Virus record (IMG/VR): IMGVR_UViG_3300010391_000058
Coordinates: 1-64,000 of that record
Strand: one strand, 5' to 3'
Source of the DNA: a virus
DNA: 64,000 nucleotides
Numbering within the stretch: position 1 is the first letter of the stretch; each line of letters begins with the position of its first letter. Below are positions 38,028 through 46,232 of this stretch, one piece after another. The notes beneath the pieces are model-generated. The model was not told the DNA's origin. It saw only the letters and a program-made list of their open reading frames with translations, and searched no databases. A program made the translations under genes and the position numbers.

Positions 38028-38270
38028 ATGGAAATACCTATTCAAATACTCGATAGCTGGAAGAAATTACGGAGCCATGGTGACGGTAAAAAGATCGTTA
38101 AAGCTAATAGTGGAAAGATTGGTGAAATAGACATTACCAGAGCTTTTAAAAATGGCAAGTGCTCAGATGATGTATTTGAGATCATAGGTAATTTTTACAA
38201 AGAAAAAGAACAACGGGTAGAAAAATATATGCCAGTGGTGGAGGATAAAGAAGAAGGGCCGGATGGCTAA
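38028..38270 (+). CDS. Cro-like small DNA-binding protein (putative)
   Basis: 80 aa after repressor/operator; HGD..KI...I.RAF..G. Confidence 0.5.
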   Translation: MEIPIQILDSWKKLRSHGDGKKIVKANSGKIGEIDITRAFKNGKCSDDVFEIIGNFYKEKEQRVEKYMPVVEDKEEGPDG

Positions 38271-38274
38271 AATT

Positions 38275-38485
38275 ATAAATGGCGGTTGAATTCCGACAGA
38301 GCCACAGATAACAATGGCACGTTATTTTGTTCGCATTGAAGCCGGAAGTATACACCTAAGAGCTGCAAAGGTTATAGTAACGTTTATCCTGCAGTTGTAT
38401 GCCGACACAAACACAAAGACAGCCTGCCACTGGAAAGACAGTGTACCGGGTGACCGGGGAAACAGGTCACTCCCGCAAGGGATCA
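38275..38485 (+). promoter_or_regulatory. Multi-hairpin structured RNA (nut/put-like antitermination candidate)
   Basis: Hairpins at 38361-38396, 38428-38443 (CACTG-GAAAGA-CAGTG), 38450-38470, 38471-38482 (GCAA loop). Confidence 0.55.
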
Positions 38486-38496
38486 AATTATAAGTA

Positions 38497-38703
38497 ATGG
38501 GTGGAGATAAAATAAAGTTCAGTGAGATACCGGAGGGGGTAAAAAAGCTTCTTTCAAATTTTGAGCTATATGCCGGTGAAAGATACGGGGATATCATTTT
38601 TTCGGAAACCAGGAAACAGGGCATTATTGCTTATCTTAGGAATAAAAAAAAGGTAGATTTGTTAAACGAATTCAATGCAATATTTCCAGTAAAAGTTAAA
38701 TAA
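38497..38703 (+). CDS. Hypothetical protein
   Basis: 68-aa ORF. Confidence 0.5.
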   Translation: MGGDKIKFSEIPEGVKKLLSNFELYAGERYGDIIFSETRKQGIIAYLRNKKKVDLLNEFNAIFPVKVK

Positions 38704-38709
38704 AAACCT

Positions 38710-38907
38710 ATGGATAAAGAACTACAAATACCCGCTGAAACTTCGATCTTTACGATCATGGCAATAATTATAATCCTTGGGATGATATGGATTGTTGTTT
38801 ACTACAAGGCAGTGCATGATAAAAAGAAAATGAGAAAGGAAGTTGATGCCTGGCCTAGTGCGACAACAAAAAGACATGGATTATATTATATAAAGAAATT
38901 CCCTTAG
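38710..38907 (+). CDS. Small membrane protein
   Basis: One TM helix. Confidence 0.55.
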   Translation: MDKELQIPAETSIFTIMAIIIILGMIWIVVYYKAVHDKKKMRKEVDAWPSATTKRHGLYYIKKFP

Positions 38908-38931
38908 GTGGAAGGGAATATGGTGGCTTGT

Positions 38932-38963
38932 AAGGGGGCCGTGGTTCAGCGGCTCCCTTCTTT
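38932..38963 (+). terminator. Intrinsic terminator
   Basis: AAGGGGGCCG...CGGCTCCCTT + CTTT. Confidence 0.65.
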
Positions 38964-39021
38964 AAAATTAAAAAAGAAAACCCCCTGACTGCTAATCAGG
39001 AGGCTATTTAAAACTTATCAA

Positions 39022-40023
39022 ATGAGTGATACCAAAGATAATGAAAATAAGGAACTGGCAATAGTGCCGGCAGAAACGACCCCTGCAGCACTTCTACAGC
39101 TTGCAATACAAAAGGATCTTGATATCACAAAGCTTGAAAAGCTTATGGAGCTTCAGGAACGATGGCAGGCAGGAATAGCCCGGAAAGATTTTCTGACTGC
39201 TATCAGTAAATTTCAATTACAGTGCCCACAATTAAAAAAATCAAAAGAAGTTGTTGTTAGAACAAAGGATGGGGGAAGCTATAAATATAAATATTCTCCA
39301 CTTGGAGATATTGATGATCAGATTAAAAAGCCACTGAATGAGAATAGTCTTTCAAAGCGTTGGGAGATTAAAGATGAGGGAGATCAAATACTTGTAGCAT
39401 GTATTATTTCACATGCTAATGGACACTCAGAGCGTACTGAAATGAGAGGGCCAAAGGATAGTAGTGGTAGTAAGAATGCGATCCAGGCAAGCGGCAGCAC
39501 AGTTACTTATTTGCAGCGTTACTCTCTGATTGCAGCACTTGGCCTGAGTACGGCAGATGAAGATATTGAAGGGGCACAGCCTCCAATACAAAAGAAAAAC
39601 CAGCCAAAGCCTGAGCCTAAAAACGAAGGGCCTGTAGTTGAAATACCGGATGTATGGAAGAAAAAGGCCGCTGCCTGCAAAACTCCAGCTGATGTTGATT
39701 TGGTGATCGAAAAAAATAAGGAGACGGTGAACCGGCATAAGCCATTAAAAGATTTTCTTTTGAAAAGAAAAGACGAACTTTCAGGTAGTAGCATTGTTGA
39801 CGGGCCCGCTCATCAGCTGGATGAAATACCAGAGCTGAATGCTGAAAAAGGCGGGAAGCCGGTTATTACAAATGAACAGTTTAAAAGTTCAATAAAACTA
39901 ATTGAGGGAGGGGATTTGCAGGAGTATTACCGGGTGTTGGCAGATTACTTGATGGATAGAAACCAAACAACGGCCATGAAAAATGCTTATACAATTGCTA
40001 AGGACAAAAAAAATCAGAAATGA
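39022..40023 (+). CDS. erf: ERF-family single-strand annealing recombinase
   Basis: KL..LM.LQERW, YKY..L..I, H.NGHSE, Q..GS.VTY.QRYSL.AALGL...DED. Confidence 0.9.
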   Translation: MSDTKDNENKELAIVPAETTPAALLQLAIQKDLDITKLEKLMELQERWQAGIARKDFLTAISKFQLQCPQLKKSKEVVVRTKDGGSYKYKYSPLGDIDDQIKKPLNENSLSKRWEIKDEGDQILVACIISHANGHSERTEMRGPKDSSGSKNAIQASGSTVTYLQRYSLIAALGLSTADEDIEGAQPPIQKKNQPKPEPKNEGPVVEIPDVWKKKAAACKTPADVDLVIEKNKETVNRHKPLKDFLLKRKDELSGSSIVDGPAHQLDEIPELNAEKGGKPVITNEQFKSSIKLIEGGDLQEYYRVLADYLMDRNQTTAMKNAYTIAKDKKNQK

Positions 40024-40463
40024 ACAGGTTAAATATTACCGATAAGGTTTTAGATAAGCTTGGTTTTTCCGAATATTGGGATGAGCATTGTACATGGGGC
40101 GGCAGGACACTGGTTTTTAGCAATGGCACGAAGTTTAGAATAATTGACCAGGAGGAAATGGATGATGATAGCCAGGGATACGCAAATAATGGAAGGTATG
40201 TCGCTCAACACGTTTATTTTGCCGGGTGGTTTGCTATGCCTAAAGTAAACATGGTGCACCATGATTTATTTTTCTTACATGAAATGTATGAATGTATTGA
40301 AAAATATTACCCTGCTTGTTTGCCAGAATTTTTAGAGAAGTGTAAGGCATTAAAAATGGATGGATATATAGAAGATTATTTAAAAGAAAAAAAAGTTCTT
40401 TTTCCGGGCTGGTGTTCATCCGTGGGGGAAGCAGAAAGAAACAGGGCCACAAACGATACATAA
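40020..40463 (+). CDS. Hypothetical protein (3' end overlaps structured RNA)
   Basis: IT.KVL.KLGF N-terminus; last about 20 codons lie within the RNA stem region. Confidence 0.6.
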   Translation: MNRLNITDKVLDKLGFSEYWDEHCTWGGRTLVFSNGTKFRIIDQEEMDDDSQGYANNGRYVAQHVYFAGWFAMPKVNMVHHDLFFLHEMYECIEKYYPACLPEFLEKCKALKMDGYIEDYLKEKKVLFPGWCSSVGEAERNRATNDT

Positions 40464-40932
40464 GTGGTGGACTTCGAAACATGGTAATAAGATCTGAATG
40501 CCGAAGAGTATCAACGCTACCCATTCGCCTGATAATTCTGTTTCCCCACAGGTGAATGATCAAGTTCTTTAAAGTTAAAACCAGGAAAGCCTCCGTAACA
40601 TAAAGTGTGCGGCTTAGCCGGAAGTGCCGGCTTTTTAAAGTTCTTTAACACCGGTTGGCTGATGATAAACCATTGAACCCTGATCCGGCCAACTAGATGC
40701 CCGGCGAAGCAATGGACTAGGGGCTGTACCTGGTATTCGTGAAGGCATGAGTTAGTAATTCTGCAGAGGAAGGATAAAGCTGCCTGAGAAAAGTGGAAGC
40801 GATTGGGCCATATCAATTCAGGACAGTGTGAAGGATTGATCGGGTTTAAAAACTAATTGTTTTCAGCAATTAACGGCGGCAATTGAGATCTGAAGCGGGG
40901 TGAACAGTTACCATAGCCAGGGCCGGTGTTAA
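40393..40932 (+). ncRNA. Array of three boxA-led structured RNA units (unknown class)
   Basis: AAGTTCTTT at 40393, 40562, 40638; stems 40414-40436/40536-40557 and 40645-40660/40915-40932; no + strand ORF 40464-40959. Confidence 0.6.
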
Positions 40933-40959
40933 TTTTTAACCAGTAAAAAAGTAAATATT

Positions 40960-41205
40960 ATGGCAGCAAAGTGGTATTACGCTCAACAGAAAAAGGCAAT
41001 GGAAATTCTGAAATCAAAGTTTGAAAACTTCCCGTGTAACTTTCAAGCCTTTACTGATAACCGGATAGTAGAAAACTATACGTGTTTCAATCCAAAGGAA
41101 GGCGCTGGTTATCCAAGTGGAACGATTATGGAGGTACATATAACCAAAGGAGCCAAGAAGCCGGTAATGGTTATTTATGAGCTCAAATTGGTGGCATCAA
41201 ATTAA
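40960..41205 (+). CDS. Hypothetical protein
   Basis: 81-aa ORF. Confidence 0.55.
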   Translation: MAAKWYYAQQKKAMEILKSKFENFPCNFQAFTDNRIVENYTCFNPKEGAGYPSGTIMEVHITKGAKKPVMVIYELKLVASN

Positions 41206-41212
41206 AAGTACT

Positions 41213-41374
41213 ATGGAGATATTCATTCTTGTAGTCCTGATCTTGCTCACAATATTTGTGATTATAGGATTTATTGGGGCGGTAATGTCAGGGGTAGTAT
41301 GGCAATCAATAGTCATGGGTATCCTTTCAGCTCTTGGAGTAATAGCTGTTATTTTCAAAATACTTCAAACTTAA
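41213..41374 (+). CDS. Two-TM small membrane protein
   Basis: Two hydrophobic helices. Confidence 0.55.
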   Translation: MEIFILVVLILLTIFVIIGFIGAVMSGVVWQSIVMGILSALGVIAVIFKILQT

Positions 41375-41378
41375 ATTT

Positions 41379-41783
41379 ATGCTAACCACAGAACAATTAA
41401 TGAAGCCCAGGTATAAGGTTATTGCTTATTACCCAGGTTGCCCGTTTAATGTTGGCAATATTTTGATGCAAGCAGTAGATAATGGGAAACTGTTTTGGAG
41501 TAAGTTGGAAACAGGGGAGTGGGGTGCACAGGTTAACGATATTCACCTTTACCCTCACCTATTCCAACCCCTCCAATGGTGGCAGGAACGGGATGTGAAA
41601 GATATGCCGGAGTATGTAAAACACATACAAACAGGAAGGGTTTGTCGGGTGGCAGATGCTAACGAAAAGTATCCTAGTGGGTTTATGATTGATTATCCAA
41701 TGACAGAATGTTGGATTGTATATAAAGACTGTATACCGTGTACTGAAGCAGAATATCAACAATACATAAAGTCAAAACAATGA
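41379..41783 (+). CDS. Hypothetical protein (Bacteroidota phage-type)
   Basis: RYKVIA.YP..PF.VG.I, YPHLF..L.WW.ER....MPEYVK. Confidence 0.7.
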   Translation: MLTTEQLMKPRYKVIAYYPGCPFNVGNILMQAVDNGKLFWSKLETGEWGAQVNDIHLYPHLFQPLQWWQERDVKDMPEYVKHIQTGRVCRVADANEKYPSGFMIDYPMTECWIVYKDCIPCTEAEYQQYIKSKQ

Positions 41784-42031
41784 AAGCACTTCTTATAAAT
41801 AATAAGGAGATAATTCTGGATGGCGTAAAATATACTGGTTGTCCTGAATTAGAAGAGTATAAGGAATATACCATTGTTGACGAAATTCCGGCATTTTGCG
41901 GTCACGCACCTCTTTATGTAATAGAGGAAAGTGATCGTTGGTTGCTACAAATGAGATTTGTTGTTATGACTAATCGGGCTGAAGAGGAAGAAGGGATCAC
42001 ACTGGATGAATGGCTTTTACAAATAAAATAA
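41780..42031 (+). CDS. Hypothetical protein
   Basis: ATGA overlap. Confidence 0.55.
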   Translation: MKALLINNKEIILDGVKYTGCPELEEYKEYTIVDEIPAFCGHAPLYVIEESDRWLLQMRFVVMTNRAEEEEGITLDEWLLQIK

Positions 42032-42041
42032 AACTAGCAAT

Positions 42042-42467
42042 ATGAGTGTTTTCAGATTACCAAAAGACCTGCAACCGGGGGATATATCAATTAATCATGG
42101 GTTATGGCCGGGGCCAAACTATAACCTGATCGAACAGATCATGAAGGATCACATGGAGAAAGCAGCCAAAAAGAAAGATGATTTTATTAAAAGTAAGATC
42201 ATTGAAAAGGGATACGGTCACTTGCTTGAAGGGATCGAAAAACGGATATTTCCAAAAATTGTCTGCATAAGAGACGATAGTATGCCAACCTGGATTTATT
42301 ACTACGCTGACAATAACACGGATGAAGGTGATTTTATTGTCGCAATTCAGGATTACACTTTTGACACGAACACTGATCCGAATAATTTTGGTGTAATGAT
42401 GAATTGTTCCTTTAAGTGGCAGGACACAGAGCCACTAAAAATAACCCGGAAAAACATGGCTGAATAG
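42042..42467 (+). CDS. Hypothetical protein
   Basis: 141-aa ORF. Confidence 0.6.
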   Translation: MSVFRLPKDLQPGDISINHGLWPGPNYNLIEQIMKDHMEKAAKKKDDFIKSKIIEKGYGHLLEGIEKRIFPKIVCIRDDSMPTWIYYYADNNTDEGDFIVAIQDYTFDTNTDPNNFGVMMNCSFKWQDTEPLKITRKNMAE

Positions 42468-42507
42468 AATAATATTGTTAACTTCAAACATCTAAAAACT
42501 TCGCACC

Positions 42508-42765
42508 GTGAGCAAGAAAAAAAGGGTAACACTGAATATAAACCTTGATGATATCAGGGCTCAGTACACGGGGTTTGTTTTTCATATCTTCCGCAACGGG
42601 ACTAAAAGATTATTTAGAACTGTTAAGGTGACAGGCAATACAACTATTTTTAATCTTCCTGCCGGGGAGTATTTGTTTAAGCTTATTGTCCTCCATAGGA
42701 AAAAACATTGGTGGGAGGCAAGGGTTAAAACCGAAATTAAGTCCGGATATATAGCGGTACCATGA
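42508..42765 (+). CDS. Hypothetical protein (GTG start after AAAACTTCGCA)
   Basis: 85 aa; NLPAGEY. Confidence 0.55.
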   Translation: MSKKKRVTLNINLDDIRAQYTGFVFHIFRNGTKRLFRTVKVTGNTTIFNLPAGEYLFKLIVLHRKKHWWEARVKTEIKSGYIAVP

Positions 42766-43193
42766 CTGAGTTTTTTATAGATATAGAGAATGGCGGGATC
42801 GTACAGAAGCGGTTGATGAGGGCAAAGTTTGATGAATTGATTGATGGGGCATATAAAATAATAATTGAGAAGGGGAAAAAGCGGAGCTTAAAGCAAAATG
42901 CATACCTTCATTTCATTCTTATCCCTGAGTTCAGGAAGGCACTGAATAGTGTAGGATACCGGGTAAAAGATGATGAGCAGGCAAAGCAGATATTCAAAGC
43001 AACGTTTTGTACCCGGCATATTGATAATGAAAATAAAGAATCTGATTTACCCCAGGTTGCATTGGTAAGGGATACAAGCTCAATGTCAACAAAAGAGCTG
43101 TCAGAACTATTTGAAGAGGTAATCCAGTTTTGCGTTGAGCACATGAATTACCAAATTCCGTTTCCAGGCGAGAAGTTAATGCTTGATATATGA
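42762..43193 (+). CDS. NinB/YbcN-like recombination protein
   Basis: KRSLKQNAYLH...TSSMSTKELS...E.V. Confidence 0.75.
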   Translation: MTEFFIDIENGGIVQKRLMRAKFDELIDGAYKIIIEKGKKRSLKQNAYLHFILIPEFRKALNSVGYRVKDDEQAKQIFKATFCTRHIDNENKESDLPQVALVRDTSSMSTKELSELFEEVIQFCVEHMNYQIPFPGEKLMLDI

Positions 43194-43549
43194 ACTCAGA
43201 AATTTACGATAGAATTAAGGCCGCACATGATGAAATTAAATTAGCGGAGGCGAAATTTAAGTATAGCTGCAATCCAAGTATCCGGGTGATTATAAATCAC
43301 ATGTTGGCAAAGGGAGAAATGTACATGAATTATGAGAAAAACCCGGCAGAGCTGAATGTAGCTTATGATGATATCTTTAAATTCGTTTTTTTAAACAGCG
43401 TTGTTGATGATGATACGGTACAAATGGCAATGACAATAGCCAGGAACCGGGTGTATGCATTTATTGATCGGATGGCAGACGGATATTTAGAGAATAAACA
43501 AATGAAGATCTTCGATGAAACGGGGGTGCTTCCTTATCATGGTAACTAA
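43190..43549 (+). CDS. Hypothetical protein
   Basis: ATGA overlap. Confidence 0.55.
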   Translation: MNSEIYDRIKAAHDEIKLAEAKFKYSCNPSIRVIINHMLAKGEMYMNYEKNPAELNVAYDDIFKFVFLNSVVDDDTVQMAMTIARNRVYAFIDRMADGYLENKQMKIFDETGVLPYHGN

Positions 43550-43573
43550 TTACTCATTATAAAAACACAACTC

Positions 43574-44323
43574 ATGGCTACAAAAGAAAAGGGTGATAAA
43601 AAAACACCCGCAAAAAAAACCGACAAACCAAAAATGAAAGCCTTAAAAGGAAAAGGCGGTGTTAATCCTGAAGAGAATGGAACTGAAGATATTTCAGAAT
43701 TCCAGGAAACTGAAAAGACAGGACGGAAATCCACCGATGATCTGCTGAAAGAGCAGGATGCTAAAAAGAAAAAGAAGGCTGGAACAACAATTAAAAAAGT
43801 TACATTGGCTAAAAAAGGTAGCCCAGGACTATCTGTTTCATTGGAGACTATTGAATCGGATGGGTCAATTACAAAAGATCCAAATAAATCATTTACCAGA
43901 CCTGTACATCAAAACCTTAAAAATGCTATGGCCGCCTTTGCAATACACTGGTTAATACTGAATGATTATCTCAGTACCAGATCGGTACCTGATATCAAAA
44001 AATATGATCCGGCGCTGATAGAAGGGGTTAATGTATCCGGCATCAGCATTGGAGGTAACGATGGTGAGGAAGGAATAATGATCACCGGGCAAAAAACAAG
44101 CCGGAGAAAAAAATCAATTGGGATCAATACCCCATTTGAAAGGTTTGAAGAGGTGGCAGAAACCAGGTATAAGTACATGGATGATATTGAAGCTATTGTA
44201 AAGAATATCATGACCAGGGTAGATAAATACCTAAGTGGGGAAGAGGTTGGTGAGGACAACCAGATTGAAATGAAGTTTGACGAAAACCAAACTGCAGATG
44301 AAATCAATGAGCCCGTAGATTAA
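43574..44323 (+). CDS. Hypothetical protein, Lys-rich N-terminus
   Basis: 249 aa; VH..LK, V.GISI.G...G..ITG.K, NTPF. Confidence 0.7.
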   Translation: MATKEKGDKKTPAKKTDKPKMKALKGKGGVNPEENGTEDISEFQETEKTGRKSTDDLLKEQDAKKKKKAGTTIKKVTLAKKGSPGLSVSLETIESDGSITKDPNKSFTRPVHQNLKNAMAAFAIHWLILNDYLSTRSVPDIKKYDPALIEGVNVSGISIGGNDGEEGIMITGQKTSRRKKSIGINTPFERFEEVAETRYKYMDDIEAIVKNIMTRVDKYLSGEEVGEDNQIEMKFDENQTADEINEPVD

Positions 44324-44718
44324 TGGGTGTAAAAAAAATCATATCAAAGCAGCCTGAGCTATTTGATAAACCTGCGCTGGCAGTCATTCTCAGCATTGAG
44401 GGTGGCTGCCTTAACCGGGATGCAGGCATAGATAAAGCTGTAACCCATGCTGATAATGAAATACCCGATTGGAGCCGAAAAGCATACATGTTTTTAATAG
44501 ACAAGTATCTTAAAAATAATGACGGGGAGTTTCAATGTGAGGATGTAAGAAGCTATGCGGCCCTGGTTGACTTCCCACTTCCCCCGCATGCACGGGCATG
44601 GGGTGGAATAATTGCGAAAGCAGCAAAGGACGGATTTATTCAGCATACAGGAATTGGGCCGGTAAGAAACGCAAAGGCCCACAGAGCAAATGCAGCTATA
44701 TGGATCAGGATAAAGTAA
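44323..44718 (+). CDS. Hypothetical protein (wHTH-like)
   Basis: F..EDVR...PPH.RAWG. Confidence 0.7.
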   Translation: MGVKKIISKQPELFDKPALAVILSIEGGCLNRDAGIDKAVTHADNEIPDWSRKAYMFLIDKYLKNNDGEFQCEDVRSYAALVDFPLPPHARAWGGIIAKAAKDGFIQHTGIGPVRNAKAHRANAAIWIRIK

Positions 44719-44877
44719 TACCGGATAACACACAAAAGAAAACTTACATTCTATTGGATTGGGGTGGCAATATCGAAGATAGATGTGAAATGACAGAGGC
44801 CCAAGCAAAGAAAGTGAATGAAGATCTTTGGACCAAAGAACCAAGGCTAATAAGATGGGCACCAATAAAATACTGAA

Positions 44878-45044
44878 ATGGCAAACGTCAAAAAAAATCA
44901 AGGTTCACCACTTTGAGAAAGGCTGTTTATACTCTTTGGTATTATGGCTTCATAAGTGAGTTTGAAAAGGACAGTTTTAATATGCGGATTGATACTTCAA
45001 AGAGGCAGGATAAAATCAGGAAGCAGCAAAATAAAAGGAAATGA
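44878..45044 (+). pseudogene. Small gene frameshifted at or near an A8 run
   Basis: MANVKK then shifted frame SRFTTLRKAVYTLWYYGF...RK* ending in ATGA overlap with MTase. Confidence 0.45.
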
Positions 45045-45733
45045 AAAAGGGAATGGGCGGGCATCAATCCGCTGACAGTCGCACAATGAATTGGCTTACG
45101 CCTAGGGAAGTTATTATGCAGTTGGGAGAATTCGATCTTGATCCCTGCAGCCCTATTAAACGGCCCTGGGATACAGCTAAGAAGCATTACACTATTGAGG
45201 ACAACGGATTGTTATTGCCATGGATCGGGAGGGTATGGCTGAACCCGCCTTATGGTGATCAGCTGGAAGCCTGGATGAAGTTAATGGCAGCTCATAACAA
45301 CGGGATCGCATTGACGTTTGCCAGGACGGATACAGATGTATTTCACCGGTACATTTTCCCTGTTGCAGACAGCATATTTTTTTTAAAAAGCCGCTTATCT
45401 TTTGTTAACTTGGGAGGGATAAAAGCAAAGTCAGATGGCGGGGCCCCTTCAGTGTTTATTGCATACGGTGAATACAATAGTCAGGTTCTTGCTGATACGA
45501 AATTTGTAGGCAAACATGTACCCTTAAACTATACACCCTTCATTGTGGTTGGTATTTCGCCAACGTGGATATCGGTGGTAACGATAGCTGTAAGGCATTG
45601 CGGGGATGCAGAGCTGAAGCCGGTTTATGATATGGTTGAACGGTTGGCACCGGATAAGGTGGCCGGCAATCAGCACTGGAAAGAAAAGATAAGGCAACAA
45701 ATTCAAATAATCAGGAAAAATGGAAGTAGGTAA
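45041..45733 (+). CDS. Phage DNA N6-adenine methyltransferase (Dam-like)
   Basis: W.TP, FDLDPC, NGL...W.GRVWLNPPYG, ARTDT..F. Confidence 0.9.
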   Translation: MKKGMGGHQSADSRTMNWLTPREVIMQLGEFDLDPCSPIKRPWDTAKKHYTIEDNGLLLPWIGRVWLNPPYGDQLEAWMKLMAAHNNGIALTFARTDTDVFHRYIFPVADSIFFLKSRLSFVNLGGIKAKSDGGAPSVFIAYGEYNSQVLADTKFVGKHVPLNYTPFIVVGISPTWISVVTIAVRHCGDAELKPVYDMVERLAPDKVAGNQHWKEKIRQQIQIIRKNGSR

Positions 45734-45932
45734 TAAAATAAGTATTTTGGAATACGATCTAGGCGAAGTCAGAGAAGCAGAAATTTTGAATATATTTAAA
45801 GAGAACGAAGATACACGCATGGATATTATTACTTATAGATACTTTGGTAAAATTTTAAAAGTTTGGCATTATAGAATAAGAAGAAGATTTGAGTTTGAGT
45901 CTGCAATTGAGCAAGCTGAAAAATATAAATAA
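45720..45932 (+). CDS. Hypothetical protein
   Basis: 70-aa ORF. Confidence 0.5.
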   Translation: MEVGNKISILEYDLGEVREAEILNIFKENEDTRMDIITYRYFGKILKVWHYRIRRRFEFESAIEQAEKYK

Positions 45933-46232
45933 ATGAGTATAGAGATTACAGATAATCTATTAAAGGAATTGATTGAATTATGTAAGTGCGAAGTTTCAAT
46001 CTCGGTGAATACTCATCGAAATTATTATGAAACAGTAGAAGATAACTTGCGTGATGTTATTGACAATAAGGAAGTATCTGATGAGGTGTACCAGGAAATG
46101 AAAAGAAGAGACACTGTTATTCGTGTCCAAGCTTATCCGGATACTCCAGTCGGTTTTTACTCAGCATACCATTGGGATATCAGTATAGCACTGCAGGAAG
46201 TTATTGAATCAATTAAAGCAGAAAGGAAGTAA
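45933..46232 (+). CDS. Hypothetical protein
   Basis: YPDTPVGFY motif. Confidence 0.65.
   Translation: MSIEITDNLLKELIELCKCEVSISVNTHRNYYETVEDNLRDVIDNKEVSDEVYQEMKRRDTVIRVQAYPDTPVGFYSAYHWDISIALQEVIESIKAERK

Noticed and set aside
40393-40932. tRNA, tmRNA, RNase P or CRISPR array interpretation
   Set aside because: No TTCGA T-arm in a cloverleaf context, no GAGGAAAGTCC motif, and the repeats are only 9 bp with irregular spacing.
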